Assembly (NCBI GenBank): GCA_031280565.1
Contig: JAITGN010000131.1
Span: forward strand, 7,696-71,695
Reading direction: 5' to 3'
DNA from: Accumulibacter sp.
GTDB taxonomy: Bacteria > Pseudomonadota > Gammaproteobacteria > Burkholderiales > Rhodocyclaceae
Length of the DNA stretch: 64,000 nt
Shown here one piece after another: positions 18,251-27,419 of the stretch. The position numbers and the translations under genes were made by a program. Under the pieces are notes generated by a model that was not told where the DNA came from, ran no database searches, and saw only the letters and a list, made by a program, of their open reading frames with translations. Each line of letters starts with the position of its first letter. Within the stretch, counting starts at the first letter, position 1.

Positions 18251-19339
18251 ATGACAGAAAAATTCCATCGAAACGAGGAGCAGAATAAGCCGGACAGGCC
18301 GGAGCTCCCGGGTTCATCAGCCACGGGCTTCATTTCCCCCCCCTACCTCAGCCGGAACGCGAGCGTCCGGCGCGTTATGGTGCAGGTTCTGGCTGCCCTG
18401 TTGCCGGGCATCGTGGTTTACGCAGCTCTGATCGGCCCGGCAATTGTGTTGCAACTGTCAATCGCGTCGGTCACAGCGCTTCTCGCCGAAGCTGCGATGC
18501 TGAAACTGCGCGGCAGAGCGCTGTTTCCCTTCCTTACCGACGGCAGCGCGCTCGTCACCGCCTGGCTGATCGCCCTGACGTTTCCGCCAATCGCGCCCTG
18601 GTGGCTGACCGTCATTGGCGTCCTGATGGCTATCGTGATCACCAAACATCTTTATGGCGGCCTTGGCCAGAATCCTTTCAATCCGGCGATGGCCGGTTTC
18701 GCCGCATGCCTCGTTTCCTTTCCCGCGCTGATGTCGCAATGGCCATCCGTTACAGCGCCGGCCCATTTTATCGATCAGGCGGCCGCCATATTCGGCGGCG
18801 CGCGATCTTTGGACGCCTTGACGAGCGCCACGCCGCTCGACGCGCTGAAAACGGCGCTCAGGCTCGCCGGTCCCGGAGCGACTGTCAGCGCGGCGCTTGC
18901 CGACACGAATATATACGGATACGTCGCCGGACGCGCCTGGGAATGGGTTGCGGCTGCCTATCTTCTTGGCGGACTCTGGCTGGCCGGACGAAAAATCATA
19001 CGCTGGCACGCCCCGGCCGGCTTTCTTTCGGGCCTGGCGCTGATTTCGGCAGCATGCTGGCTGTCCGATCCGGAACGTTTCGCCAGTCCGCTTTTTCACG
19101 TTTTCTCGGGCGGCGCGCTGCTCGGCGCGTTTTTCATCGTAACCGACCCGGTTTCCGGCTGCATATCCGGCAAGGGGAAATTCATTTTCGGGTTTTCGGC
19201 AGGAATCCTGGCCTATATCATCCGCGTTTTCGGCGGCTATCCGGACGGCGTGGCGTTCGCCGTGCTGATACTCAACCTCTGCGCACCGCTGATCGACGCG
19301 TTGACGCGGCCGCCCATTTTCGGCATGAAGAAGAAATGA
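18251..19339 (+). CDS. rnfD: Rnf complex subunit D
   Basis: Polytopic protein with FFIVTDPVSG (flavin attachment region). The ATG at 18251 follows the rnfC stop. The longer ORF from 17891 overlaps rnfC and is rejected. Confidence 0.9.
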   Translation: MTEKFHRNEEQNKPDRPELPGSSATGFISPPYLSRNASVRRVMVQVLAALLPGIVVYAALIGPAIVLQLSIASVTALLAEAAMLKLRGRALFPFLTDGSALVTAWLIALTFPPIAPWWLTVIGVLMAIVITKHLYGGLGQNPFNPAMAGFAACLVSFPALMSQWPSVTAPAHFIDQAAAIFGGARSLDALTSATPLDALKTALRLAGPGATVSAALADTNIYGYVAGRAWEWVAAAYLLGGLWLAGRKIIRWHAPAGFLSGLALISAACWLSDPERFASPLFHVFSGGALLGAFFIVTDPVSGCISGKGKFIFGFSAGILAYIIRVFGGYPDGVAFAVLILNLCAPLIDALTRPPIFGMKKK

Positions 19340-20022
19340 TTTCCGGCGGCGCTTTCCAGACCGCGCTGCGCAGCGCCGCGATTCTGGCCGCTTTCACGGC
19401 GGTTTCCGCCGTTGCCCTTTCCGGATTTCATATCTGGACCCGCCCCATGATCGAAACATCGCTGCGCGCGAAAAAAACAAGCGCCATCGCGGAGGTGCTT
19501 CCCGCCAGCCTGTATGATAACGATCTTTTTTGCGACATCTTTGATCCTGAAAGCATACCGGAGTATCCGCCCAATGCGCCGGCGGCCGTCTATCGCGCCC
19601 GAAAGGGAGGCAAACCTGCCGCGCTGGTCGTCGAGACTGCGGCCAATGACGGTTATGGCGGAAAAATCGGGCTGTTGATCGGGTTGCGCGCCGATGGAAC
19701 GCTGATCGGCGTGCGCGTTACGGAACACCACGAGACGCCGGGACTCGGTGATTACATTGACCTGAAAAAAGACAAAAACAGGAAGCGTCCGTGGATCACC
19801 CAGTTTGACGGATTGTCGCTTGACAATCCTCCCGAGCGCGAATGGAAAGTCAAAAAAGACGGAGGGCGTTTTGACTCGGTCGCGGGCGCGACGATCAGTC
19901 CGCGCGCCGTCGTCAAGGCTGTGCGCAACACGCTGAAATTCGTCGCCAGACATCGCGACGCCCTGTATGATGAAAAAAATGTCCGCGAAGAAAAAGGAAA
20001 GAGGTGCGATGCTCCCCGCTGA
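19336..20022 (+). CDS. rnfG: Rnf complex subunit G
   Basis: N-terminal anchor and FMN-binding motif SVAGATISPRAV. ATGA overlap with the rnfD stop. Confidence 0.85.
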   Translation: MISGGAFQTALRSAAILAAFTAVSAVALSGFHIWTRPMIETSLRAKKTSAIAEVLPASLYDNDLFCDIFDPESIPEYPPNAPAAVYRARKGGKPAALVVETAANDGYGGKIGLLIGLRADGTLIGVRVTEHHETPGLGDYIDLKKDKNRKRPWITQFDGLSLDNPPEREWKVKKDGGRFDSVAGATISPRAVVKAVRNTLKFVARHRDALYDEKNVREEKGKRCDAPR

Positions 20023-20085
20023 ACGCGCGATTCCGCGCCCGCCCGCGCTTTTTCCGGATTTTCGCTTCTCGCCAGGAGACTTCTC

Positions 20086-20757
20086 ATGATCTTTCGCGCG
20101 AAAATTCGTGAAATTTTCAGCAATGGCCTATGGAAACAGAATTCCAGCCTGGTACAAACCCTCGGTCTGTGTCCTTTGCTCGCCGTCACGACGAATATCG
20201 TCAATGGCGCGATGCTCTCACTCGCGACGATTCTTGTCGCGGGACTGGCCAGTTTCAGTGTTTCCGGCCTCCGTCGGCTGATTCCGCGCGAGATACGCAT
20301 TCCGATATTTATCATGATCGCCGCCACGCTTGTCACTCTCATCGATCAATGCATGGCTTCCTTTTTTTCCGGCATACACAATGTCCTCGGGATTTTCATA
20401 CCATTGATTATCACCAACTGCATCGTGCTTGCCCGGATCGAAGCCTTCGCCGCGAAAAACGGGCCGCTTCTCTCGTTTCTCGATGGCGTTTCGACGGGGG
20501 CGGGAATGCTGTGGACGCTTGTCCTGCTGGGGGGAATGCGCGAGCTGCTCGGCAATGGGACGCTTTTTTCCGGCATCGAATCCGTTCTGCCCGCATTTTC
20601 GGAATTTCGTATTCTTCCGGAATCCTGGCCCGGTTTTCTGCTTTTCACGCTCCCTCCAGGCGCGTTCATCCTGCTCGCCTTCATGATCGCCGGAAAAAAC
20701 TGGCTTGCCGCGCGTCACGCCGGGCAAGCACCTTCGCAAAATTCCGCAAACTGCTAG
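20086..20757 (+). CDS. rnfE: Rnf complex subunit E
   Basis: GLWKQNSSLVQTLGLCPLLAVTT is typical of RnfE/RsxE. The protein is a paralogue of RnfA. Confidence 0.9.
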   Translation: MIFRAKIREIFSNGLWKQNSSLVQTLGLCPLLAVTTNIVNGAMLSLATILVAGLASFSVSGLRRLIPREIRIPIFIMIAATLVTLIDQCMASFFSGIHNVLGIFIPLIITNCIVLARIEAFAAKNGPLLSFLDGVSTGAGMLWTLVLLGGMRELLGNGTLFSGIESVLPAFSEFRILPESWPGFLLFTLPPGAFILLAFMIAGKNWLAARHAGQAPSQNSANC

Positions 20758-20770
20758 TTTTCAGCGTATC

Positions 20771-21412
20771 GTGACTCCCAAAAAACGAACCGAGATTTTC
20801 CGGCGTCTTCGCGAGTCCAATCCGTCGCCGAAATCGGAACTCCAGTATACGACGCCGTTTCAATTGCTCGTCGCTGTTATCCTCTCGGCGCAGGCGACGG
20901 ATAAAAGCGTCAATCTCGCCACGCCCGCGCTGTTCGCTGGCGCGCCGACGCCGGGCGCGATGCTCGCTCTCGGCGAGGAAAAGCTCGCGCGTTACATCAA
21001 CCGGATCGGTCTCTATAACGCAAAAGCCAAAAACATCATCGCAACCTGCCGGCAGTTGCTCGAACGGCACGGCGGCGAAGTGCCGCGCGACCGCGAAGCG
21101 CTCGAAGCGCTGCCTGGCGTTGGCCGGAAAACCGCCAACGTTGTATTGAACGTCGCTTTTGGCGAACCGACAATCGCAGTCGATACCCACATTTTCCGCG
21201 TTGCCAACCGGACAAAACTCGCGCCGGGAAAAACACCGCTGGCCGTCGAGCTTAAACTGCTGGAATCCGTTCCGGGCAAATTCAGACAGGATGCGCATCA
21301 CTGGCTGATCCTGCACGGGCGTTACATTTGCAAGGCGCGCCGGCCGGAATGTTGGCATTGCGTTATCGTGGAACTGTGCGGATATGAACAAAAAACCGGA
21401 TCGCCGACATGA
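20771..21412 (+). CDS. nth: endonuclease III
   Basis: FQLLVAVILSAQATD, the HhH motif LPGVGRKTANVVL, and the C-terminal Fe-S loop CKARRPECWHCVIVELC. A GTG start at 20771 gives 213 aa. Confidence 0.9.
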   Translation: MTPKKRTEIFRRLRESNPSPKSELQYTTPFQLLVAVILSAQATDKSVNLATPALFAGAPTPGAMLALGEEKLARYINRIGLYNAKAKNIIATCRQLLERHGGEVPRDREALEALPGVGRKTANVVLNVAFGEPTIAVDTHIFRVANRTKLAPGKTPLAVELKLLESVPGKFRQDAHHWLILHGRYICKARRPECWHCVIVELCGYEQKTGSPT

Positions 21413-22503
21413 TTCTCGCCACTGCGATCCAGTCATGCAACACCCCTGACGCCGGGCTGATCGGACGTGCTGTCTGTCTGGCGCTCGAAAAAGCCGGACT
21501 GGATCGTGCCAATGGCGTGCTGCTTTTCATGACACCGGAGTTCTCTCGCCATGCGCGTGACGCTGTCATGGCCGCCGCTCGGGCCGCGCAATGCGCACCG
21601 GTATTCGGCGGCATCGCGTCGGGTGTGCTTACCGAAGAAGGCTGGACGCTGGACCGGCCCGCTGCCGCTGTCATGATCTTTGGCGGCCGGGCGTTTCTGC
21701 GGCCGCCGGAACCGGGAAATCCCAATCCTGTTCTGTGCTATTCCGGCGGCGAGACATTTCCGGAAGAATGGGTATCGTCTTCGGCGCATCGTGAAAAAAA
21801 ACACTTTGGCTGCATATTCTCCGGAAATTTTTCCGAAACATCGGCCTTCGCCTCCGCGTGGCAATCCGGACATCTAGCCTTTCCACCCCACTGCTGCGCC
21901 CAGTTCGGCGATGCGCCGCTCACGCTGGGAGTCTCCTTCGGGCTTCACCTGCCCGGAGTGCCCATGCGGATCGAAAGCGGCGCCGGTTATCGTGTCGGAA
22001 AACTGGACGGGCGGACGGCTATTGACAGCCTGCTCCAGCTTTTTCCAGAAAGGCCGCCCTTGCATCGCCTGATGGCGCTTGTCGCAAAAAATGCCGCTGA
22101 TCTGGACACCTTTCCGGATAGCGATCATCAAACGCTCCCTCTCGTTTCGCTTGATGCGGACGGTTCAATCGCGCTCGCGGGCGAAATCGCTCCGGGAAAC
22201 TACTTGCGCTGGGCGACTCGCGACCCGCCAACAGCGCAAAAAGACATGAGCCGCGTCGTCGAGCGGCTCGCTCGCCAAAGACCGGATCCCGTGGCGGCGA
22301 TGATGTTTTCCTGCGTTGGACGCGGGCCGTTTTTCTACGGCGCGGACGACATCGATCTGACCATATTGCGCCGACGCTTTCCGAAAATTCCCATCATCGG
22401 CTGCTATGGAACCGGGCAGATCGTCCCGGTGAGCCGCGCCGGAAACCGCCAATGTTCGAGAAATGCCGTAGTCGCCGCCCTTCTCGGCGCTGCCGGAACA
22501 TGA
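21409..22503 (+). CDS. FIST N/C domain-containing protein (stand-alone sensor-like)
   Basis: 364 aa. FIST_N-like VLLFMTPEFS...APVFGGIASGVL and FIST_C-like AAMMFSCVGRGPFFYG...IIGCYGTGQIVP. ATGA overlap with the nth stop. Confidence 0.6.
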   Translation: MILATAIQSCNTPDAGLIGRAVCLALEKAGLDRANGVLLFMTPEFSRHARDAVMAAARAAQCAPVFGGIASGVLTEEGWTLDRPAAAVMIFGGRAFLRPPEPGNPNPVLCYSGGETFPEEWVSSSAHREKKHFGCIFSGNFSETSAFASAWQSGHLAFPPHCCAQFGDAPLTLGVSFGLHLPGVPMRIESGAGYRVGKLDGRTAIDSLLQLFPERPPLHRLMALVAKNAADLDTFPDSDHQTLPLVSLDADGSIALAGEIAPGNYLRWATRDPPTAQKDMSRVVERLARQRPDPVAAMMFSCVGRGPFFYGADDIDLTILRRRFPKIPIIGCYGTGQIVPVSRAGNRQCSRNAVVAALLGAAGT

Positions 22504-22550
22504 CTGCTTCCCACCGGATTTTTAGACCGATCAACCCTGACGGAGAAATC

Positions 22551-23366
22551 ATGCGTATTGAATCGACCCTCCTCTCCAATGTGGAAATTTCACCGTCTTA
22601 CTGGCGCATGCGTCTGACAGCGACGGACGAATTTGTCCGTCAGGCGTCGCCGGGGCGCTTTGTCATGATTCAGGCCGGGAAATCAATTGATCCCCTGCTT
22701 CGGCGTCCTTTCGCGGTCTTCGAGACGGGAATCGTCTTTGGCGGTTCGACCGCGTATTTCGATATCCTTTACCGCGTCGCCGGAAAAGGCACGGCCCTCC
22801 TTTCGACACGGAGGGAAAACGAAATGCTGGATATACTCGGGCCGCTTGGAAAAGGATTTTCTCTTTCGCACGCCGCCGGAGAGCATCTGCTCGTCGGCGG
22901 CGGCATTGGTCTTGCGCCGCTTCACGCGCTCGCAAAAAAACTGGGGGGATACGATCTCGCCACGCGCCTTTTTGTCGGGGGCAGGGGGCGTAATGATATT
23001 TTCTGTCTGGACGAATTTGAAATGCTCGGCGTCGAATGCCGGGTTGCGACGGAAGACGGCTCGCTCGGCGAACGCGGACGGGTGACGGATATCTTGATCC
23101 CTCACCTTGAGTCCACAAATGGCAATGCGACGATTTATGCCTGTGGTCCCGAAGGCATGCTGCGCGCTGTGGCGAAGCTCGCCGCCGAACATCGCCTGTC
23201 ATGTCAGGTTTCGCTCGAAAGCCGGATGGCCTGCGGCATCGGCGTTTGCCTGGGCTGTGTTGTCCCGGGACACCGCCATTCCCCGGAAACACCCGATTTT
23301 CGCTGCGTCTGCGCCGACGGGCCTGTATTCGATTCCAATGATCTTGACTGGGAGAAGACGCGATGA
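22551..23366 (+). CDS. pyrK: dihydroorotate dehydrogenase electron transfer subunit
   Basis: Ferredoxin-reductase-like fold (GRFVMIQ, GGGIGLAPL) with a C-terminal 2Fe-2S motif CGIGVCLGCV...CVCADGPVF. Overlaps the pyrD start. Confidence 0.85.
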   Translation: MRIESTLLSNVEISPSYWRMRLTATDEFVRQASPGRFVMIQAGKSIDPLLRRPFAVFETGIVFGGSTAYFDILYRVAGKGTALLSTRRENEMLDILGPLGKGFSLSHAAGEHLLVGGGIGLAPLHALAKKLGGYDLATRLFVGGRGRNDIFCLDEFEMLGVECRVATEDGSLGERGRVTDILIPHLESTNGNATIYACGPEGMLRAVAKLAAEHRLSCQVSLESRMACGIGVCLGCVVPGHRHSPETPDFRCVCADGPVFDSNDLDWEKTR

Positions 23367-24280
23367 ATACGCCCGACCTTTCCGTAAATATCGCCGGAAT
23401 TCCGCTGCGGAACCCGGTCATGACCGCTTCGGGCACATTCGGTTACGGCGTGGAGTTCGCCGCTCACATGAATCTGGAATCCATAGGCGCGTTCATTACA
23501 AAAGGACTGTCGCTCAAACCCCGTGCGGGAAATCCAACGCCCCGGATCGCCGAAACACCGGCGGGCATGCTCAACGCCATCGGGCTTCAGAATATTGGCA
23601 TCGACGCTTTTATTGAAGAAAAAATTCCGCTTCTCCGGATGATCAAAACGCCGTGCATCGCCAATTTTTTTGGCGAGACCATCGACGAATACGCAGAAAT
23701 GGCCGTGCGCCTTGATGCCATTCCGGAGATCGCCGCCCTCGAAGTAAACATTTCGTGTCCCAACGTCAAGCAGGGCGGCATCATTTTTGGAACCGACCCC
23801 GGCAGCGCGGCGAAAGTCGTCTCCACCTGCCGCTCCCGCACCGCAAAACCGCTGATCGTCAAACTTTCGCCCAATGTCACCGATATCGTCGTAATGGCGC
23901 GCGCCTGCGCTGATGCTGGCGCCGATGCGCTGTCGCTGATCAATACGCTGCTCGGCATGTCAGTTGATCTTGAGAAGCGCCGCCCGCTACTGGCCAACAT
24001 AACCGGCGGTCTCTCCGGGCCGGCGATCAAACCGGTTGCCTTGCGAATGGTCTGGCAGGTCGCCCGCGCCGTCAAAATACCGCTTATTGGGATCGGCGGC
24101 ATCGTCAGCGCGATTGACGCGCTCGAATTCATTCTGGCCGGCGCAACGGCCGTGCAAGTCGGAACCGCCAGTTTCATTTGTCCCGGTGCCGCGCAGCAGA
24201 TTGCGCTGGATATGAAAAACTGGCTCATGGACAATGGCGTCGATGACATAAAAACCCTGATTGGCACACTGGAAACCTGA
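23363..24280 (+). CDS. pyrD: dihydroorotate dehydrogenase, class 1B catalytic subunit
   Basis: NPVMTASGTFGYG, active-site region LEVNISCPNV (the Cys base of class 1 enzymes), and IGIGGI. Paired with pyrK. Confidence 0.85.
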   Translation: MNTPDLSVNIAGIPLRNPVMTASGTFGYGVEFAAHMNLESIGAFITKGLSLKPRAGNPTPRIAETPAGMLNAIGLQNIGIDAFIEEKIPLLRMIKTPCIANFFGETIDEYAEMAVRLDAIPEIAALEVNISCPNVKQGGIIFGTDPGSAAKVVSTCRSRTAKPLIVKLSPNVTDIVVMARACADAGADALSLINTLLGMSVDLEKRRPLLANITGGLSGPAIKPVALRMVWQVARAVKIPLIGIGGIVSAIDALEFILAGATAVQVGTASFICPGAAQQIALDMKNWLMDNGVDDIKTLIGTLET

Positions 24281-24288
24281 ATGAACAG

Positions 24289-24752
24289 GTGCGCCATTTT
24301 TTTGCGAAGCCTGGCGAAAATCCCGAGAACGCGCTTTTCTCGAAGGCGCTGAAACCGTCGCGGCCGCCGTAATCGAACGCCACCCGGAATATCATGTTCT
24401 GCCGGAAAATCCGGAAAACGCCGTAAATGCCGAATCCATGCCTGGGGACGGTCAAATCAATCCTTTCCTGCACCTCTCGCTGCACCTCGCCGTCGCCGGA
24501 CAGGTCAGCATCGACCAGCCGCCGGGAATTCGCGCCATTTATCAGGAGGCACGCCAACGGCCTGGAACACATGATGCCGAACATGTTTTGCTGGAATGCC
24601 TCGCGGAAATTCTCTGGCATGTTCAACGAAATGGAGGCGATGGAAGCGAACTCGATGGAGAAACCTGTCTCGATTGCGCCCGCCGGAAAGGAAACCCTCG
24701 GCCCGTCCCTTCCAGCAGAAGTCATCTCACCGCAAGGCTGACTCCGGTTTGA
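24289..24752 (+). CDS. DUF1841 family protein, N-terminus out of frame at a T7 tract (possible frameshift)
   Basis: The frame holding the family core NPFLHLSLHLAVAGQVSIDQPPGI is open from 24285 (..FFCEAWRKSRERAFLEGAETVAAAVIERHPEYH..). It has no ATG, GTG or TTG before 24438. The expected upstream residues (EQVRHFF) are in the adjacent frame, and one extra T in the run 24297-24303 would join them. Confidence 0.5.
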
Positions 24753-24821
24753 AACCCCGTCCGGAAGGAGCGGCACGAAGGCTGGAACCCCGGTCTGAAG
24801 TCCTGTCGCTAATTTCTTGGC
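24741..24821 (-). repeat. HME copy 4, truncated/degenerate
   Basis: ACTCCGGTTTGAAACCCCGTCCGGAAGGAGCGG...CCTGTCGCTAATTTCTTGG. It overlaps the 3' end of the DUF1841 ORF. Confidence 0.6.
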
Positions 24822-24996
24822 TTGAACGAAAAACGCGCTGGACTGTGAATTTCCGCCGGGATCCGGAAATCTCGCTTATCGCCGCGTTTTGGCTTACGGT
24901 TCCGTATCCGTTCCGGAAAGCGTGCCAGGCCACTGACCCGCTTTCCGGCATTTCATGACGGCATTGTCTGGATACCGGACAAACCGCTGGATTTTT

Positions 24997-27264
24997 TCAG
25001 AAGTCAGCAGTTCCAGTCAGCATGAACGTGCGCGGCATGCTCAACACGAGATAGCCCGATCCGGGATAACCGCCGACCGAACTCCAGTAATCGCGATTGG
25101 TGACGTTTTCGATTCGCGCACGCACTGTGACTATCTGACGTCCCAACGCCAAGAGATAACGCGCGCCGATATCGAAACGGCGCCATCCCGGCACGCGAAG
25201 CGTGTTTTCAGCGTTGGCGTAAGACGACGAAGTGGCGATGGCGCGGGCGTCGAAGCTCAATCCACGTACTCCCGGCACATCCCATTCGACATTGAAGTTA
25301 GCCTGCCGCGCGGGGACGCCGATCACTTTTTTTCCATCGGTTTGGGCGCTCCCGGTCAGTTTCTGGCGTGCATCAAGCCAGGTGATTCCGCCGAGAACGC
25401 GGAGGTTTTTTGCCGCCTTGCCATAGATGTTCAGTTCGATTCCACGATGGCGGTCGTTTCCAGAGGATTTGAAATAACCGCTGGAATCGAGCAGAGCGCG
25501 CGGTTTTTTCGTCGTAAAAAACGCAAGTCCCGCGCCAAGCATCCCGTATTCATACTTGACGCCGACTTCCTTCTGTTTCGAGACGTAGGGTGAGAGCGCC
25601 TGGCCCGCGTTCTGGACAGGAGTTCCGGCAACTGTGGCCGGAGCCGTTTCGCCTTGCGTCAGTCCCTCAATGTAATTGCCATAAAACGAAAGGTTTTTCA
25701 ACGGCCGCGCCACGATGCTCGCCATTGGGCTGGTTTTGCTTTTATCGTAACCGGCGGTTTTGTCGCCCGTGTTGTAATTGTAGCTGTTGATTTTCAGCGT
25801 CTGGTGGCGCATGCCGAGCGTCAGCAGCAAACGCTCGTCGAGCATCGAGAGCGTATCGCCGATCGCGAAACTGGAAAGCCGGGTTTTCGCGACTGTTTTG
25901 AGGTGGTGTTTATCGCCCCCGCCAAAGGCAAGCGCCGGAAGCGGAATCGAGACGGGATCATACAGATTGGTCGCGGGCGTGCCGGACGACATCGCCCATG
26001 CGCCTTTTTCGTTGAAGTGAAAGGCTGAATACGACGTGACCAGGGTGTGATTGACCGCTCCGGTCCGCAATTTGCCGCGCAGCCCGACTTCGCCAGTAAC
26101 GATTTTGTCCTTGCGCGTATTGTCGAAACGGGCGTTGACCGTGCCCGCGCCCGTCGCGCCATTGTTGATGGTAATCCCGGAAAGCAGATTGTCTTCCGTG
26201 GTATCGCGCATTCCCACAGCGGCATACGCAGTGAAATTTTCGTTGAAATCGTATTCGCCGCGTGTCGAGGCAAAAAAGTCACGCTCGTCCGAATGCGTCC
26301 AGGGCTGTGCCCAGTTGCGCTTGTTATCCGGCGCGGAAGGAACGCTCGTCGCGCCCGCGCCGAGCGTCACGTTGGGACGCGTGCCGCGAAGACGGTGATT
26401 TTGATAACCGATGTCGGCGGAAAGGCGAATATCGCGCGTTTTCCAGTCGAATCCGGTCAAAAAGGCGTCAAGGCGGCTTTGCTCACGGGCAACCGGCGTA
26501 CCGCCCTCGCGGTGTGTTCCGACGATGCGCAGGCCAAGGCGCTGGTCGTCGCCAAAACGGCGCGCCACGTCGAACGAGGTGGATTTCTGTCCGCCATTTG
26601 TCACGCCAAGATTGACTTGCGATAGAGGCTCATTCGGCGCGCGTTTGGGCAACAGATTGATGCTGCCTCCGATTCCGCTTCCACCGGGAGACGCGCCGGT
26701 CAGAAAGGCGCTGGCGCCGCGCAAGACCTCGACGCGCTCGAAGAGCTCGGAAGCGATGTATTGCCTCGGCAACAGGCTGTACAAGCCGTTGTAGGCAATA
26801 TCCTCGGAACCGAGAAGAAAGCCGCGAATGAAATACGATTCCTGGAAATTGCCGTAACCACGTGCCGTGCGCACAGACGCATCGTTTTGCAGCACATCCC
26901 GGACGCTGCGCGCCTGCTGGTTCTGGATCAGTTCCGCCGTATAACTGTTGATCGAGAACGGCGTTTCCATTGCATCGCGCGTGCCGAGAATTCCGGCGCG
27001 TCCGCCGCGCGCGACCTGGCCGCCATGATAAGCGGGCGACAGGCCGCCAGATGAGGCGTCCGCGCTGGCACTGACTTCAATGGCCGGAAGAACGGCTTCC
27101 CGCGCCGGAGCCTCCTCTTGCGCCAGAACGGGAAAAACGGCCGCCAGTAACAGGCAGCCGAGCGAGTGGCGCAAGCGATTTTCCTTGCGTAAATAATGTT
27201 TTCCTTGATTTACCTCCTGGAATGAAAGCGTTTCGGCCCGCACCGGTTTACGATGAATTTTCAT
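24997..27264 (-). CDS. TonB-dependent siderophore receptor
   Basis: 755 aa. Signal peptide, a plug with FSINSYTAELIQNQQARSVRDVLQNDASV and NFQESYFIRGF, and C-terminal ...LTGTADF. A Fur-box-like site lies upstream. Confidence 0.85.
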   Translation of the reverse strand: MKIHRKPVRAETLSFQEVNQGKHYLRKENRLRHSLGCLLLAAVFPVLAQEEAPAREAVLPAIEVSASADASSGGLSPAYHGGQVARGGRAGILGTRDAMETPFSINSYTAELIQNQQARSVRDVLQNDASVRTARGYGNFQESYFIRGFLLGSEDIAYNGLYSLLPRQYIASELFERVEVLRGASAFLTGASPGGSGIGGSINLLPKRAPNEPLSQVNLGVTNGGQKSTSFDVARRFGDDQRLGLRIVGTHREGGTPVAREQSRLDAFLTGFDWKTRDIRLSADIGYQNHRLRGTRPNVTLGAGATSVPSAPDNKRNWAQPWTHSDERDFFASTRGEYDFNENFTAYAAVGMRDTTEDNLLSGITINNGATGAGTVNARFDNTRKDKIVTGEVGLRGKLRTGAVNHTLVTSYSAFHFNEKGAWAMSSGTPATNLYDPVSIPLPALAFGGGDKHHLKTVAKTRLSSFAIGDTLSMLDERLLLTLGMRHQTLKINSYNYNTGDKTAGYDKSKTSPMASIVARPLKNLSFYGNYIEGLTQGETAPATVAGTPVQNAGQALSPYVSKQKEVGVKYEYGMLGAGLAFFTTKKPRALLDSSGYFKSSGNDRHRGIELNIYGKAAKNLRVLGGITWLDARQKLTGSAQTDGKKVIGVPARQANFNVEWDVPGVRGLSFDARAIATSSSYANAENTLRVPGWRRFDIGARYLLALGRQIVTVRARIENVTNRDYWSSVGGYPGSGYLVLSMPRTFMLTGTADF

Positions 27265-27293
27265 TGTTTTCCCCGTATTTTTTTGAATTCTTT

Positions 27294-27310
27294 ATGATAG
27301 TGATTATCGC
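27294..27310. promoter_or_regulatory. Fur-box-like operator
   Basis: ATGATAGTGATTATCGC resembles the GATAATGATAATCATTATC consensus. It lies 30-46 nt upstream of the receptor start at 27264. Confidence 0.45.
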
Positions 27311-27419
27311 TACCAATATCAACAATGACCGGGACGCGGTTTCACGCGAATCAAAGCCATACACGCCGGAAAAAGGCGAAAATCCGGGAGTTGAAACAGG
27401 AATCCTGTAAAATCGCGCC

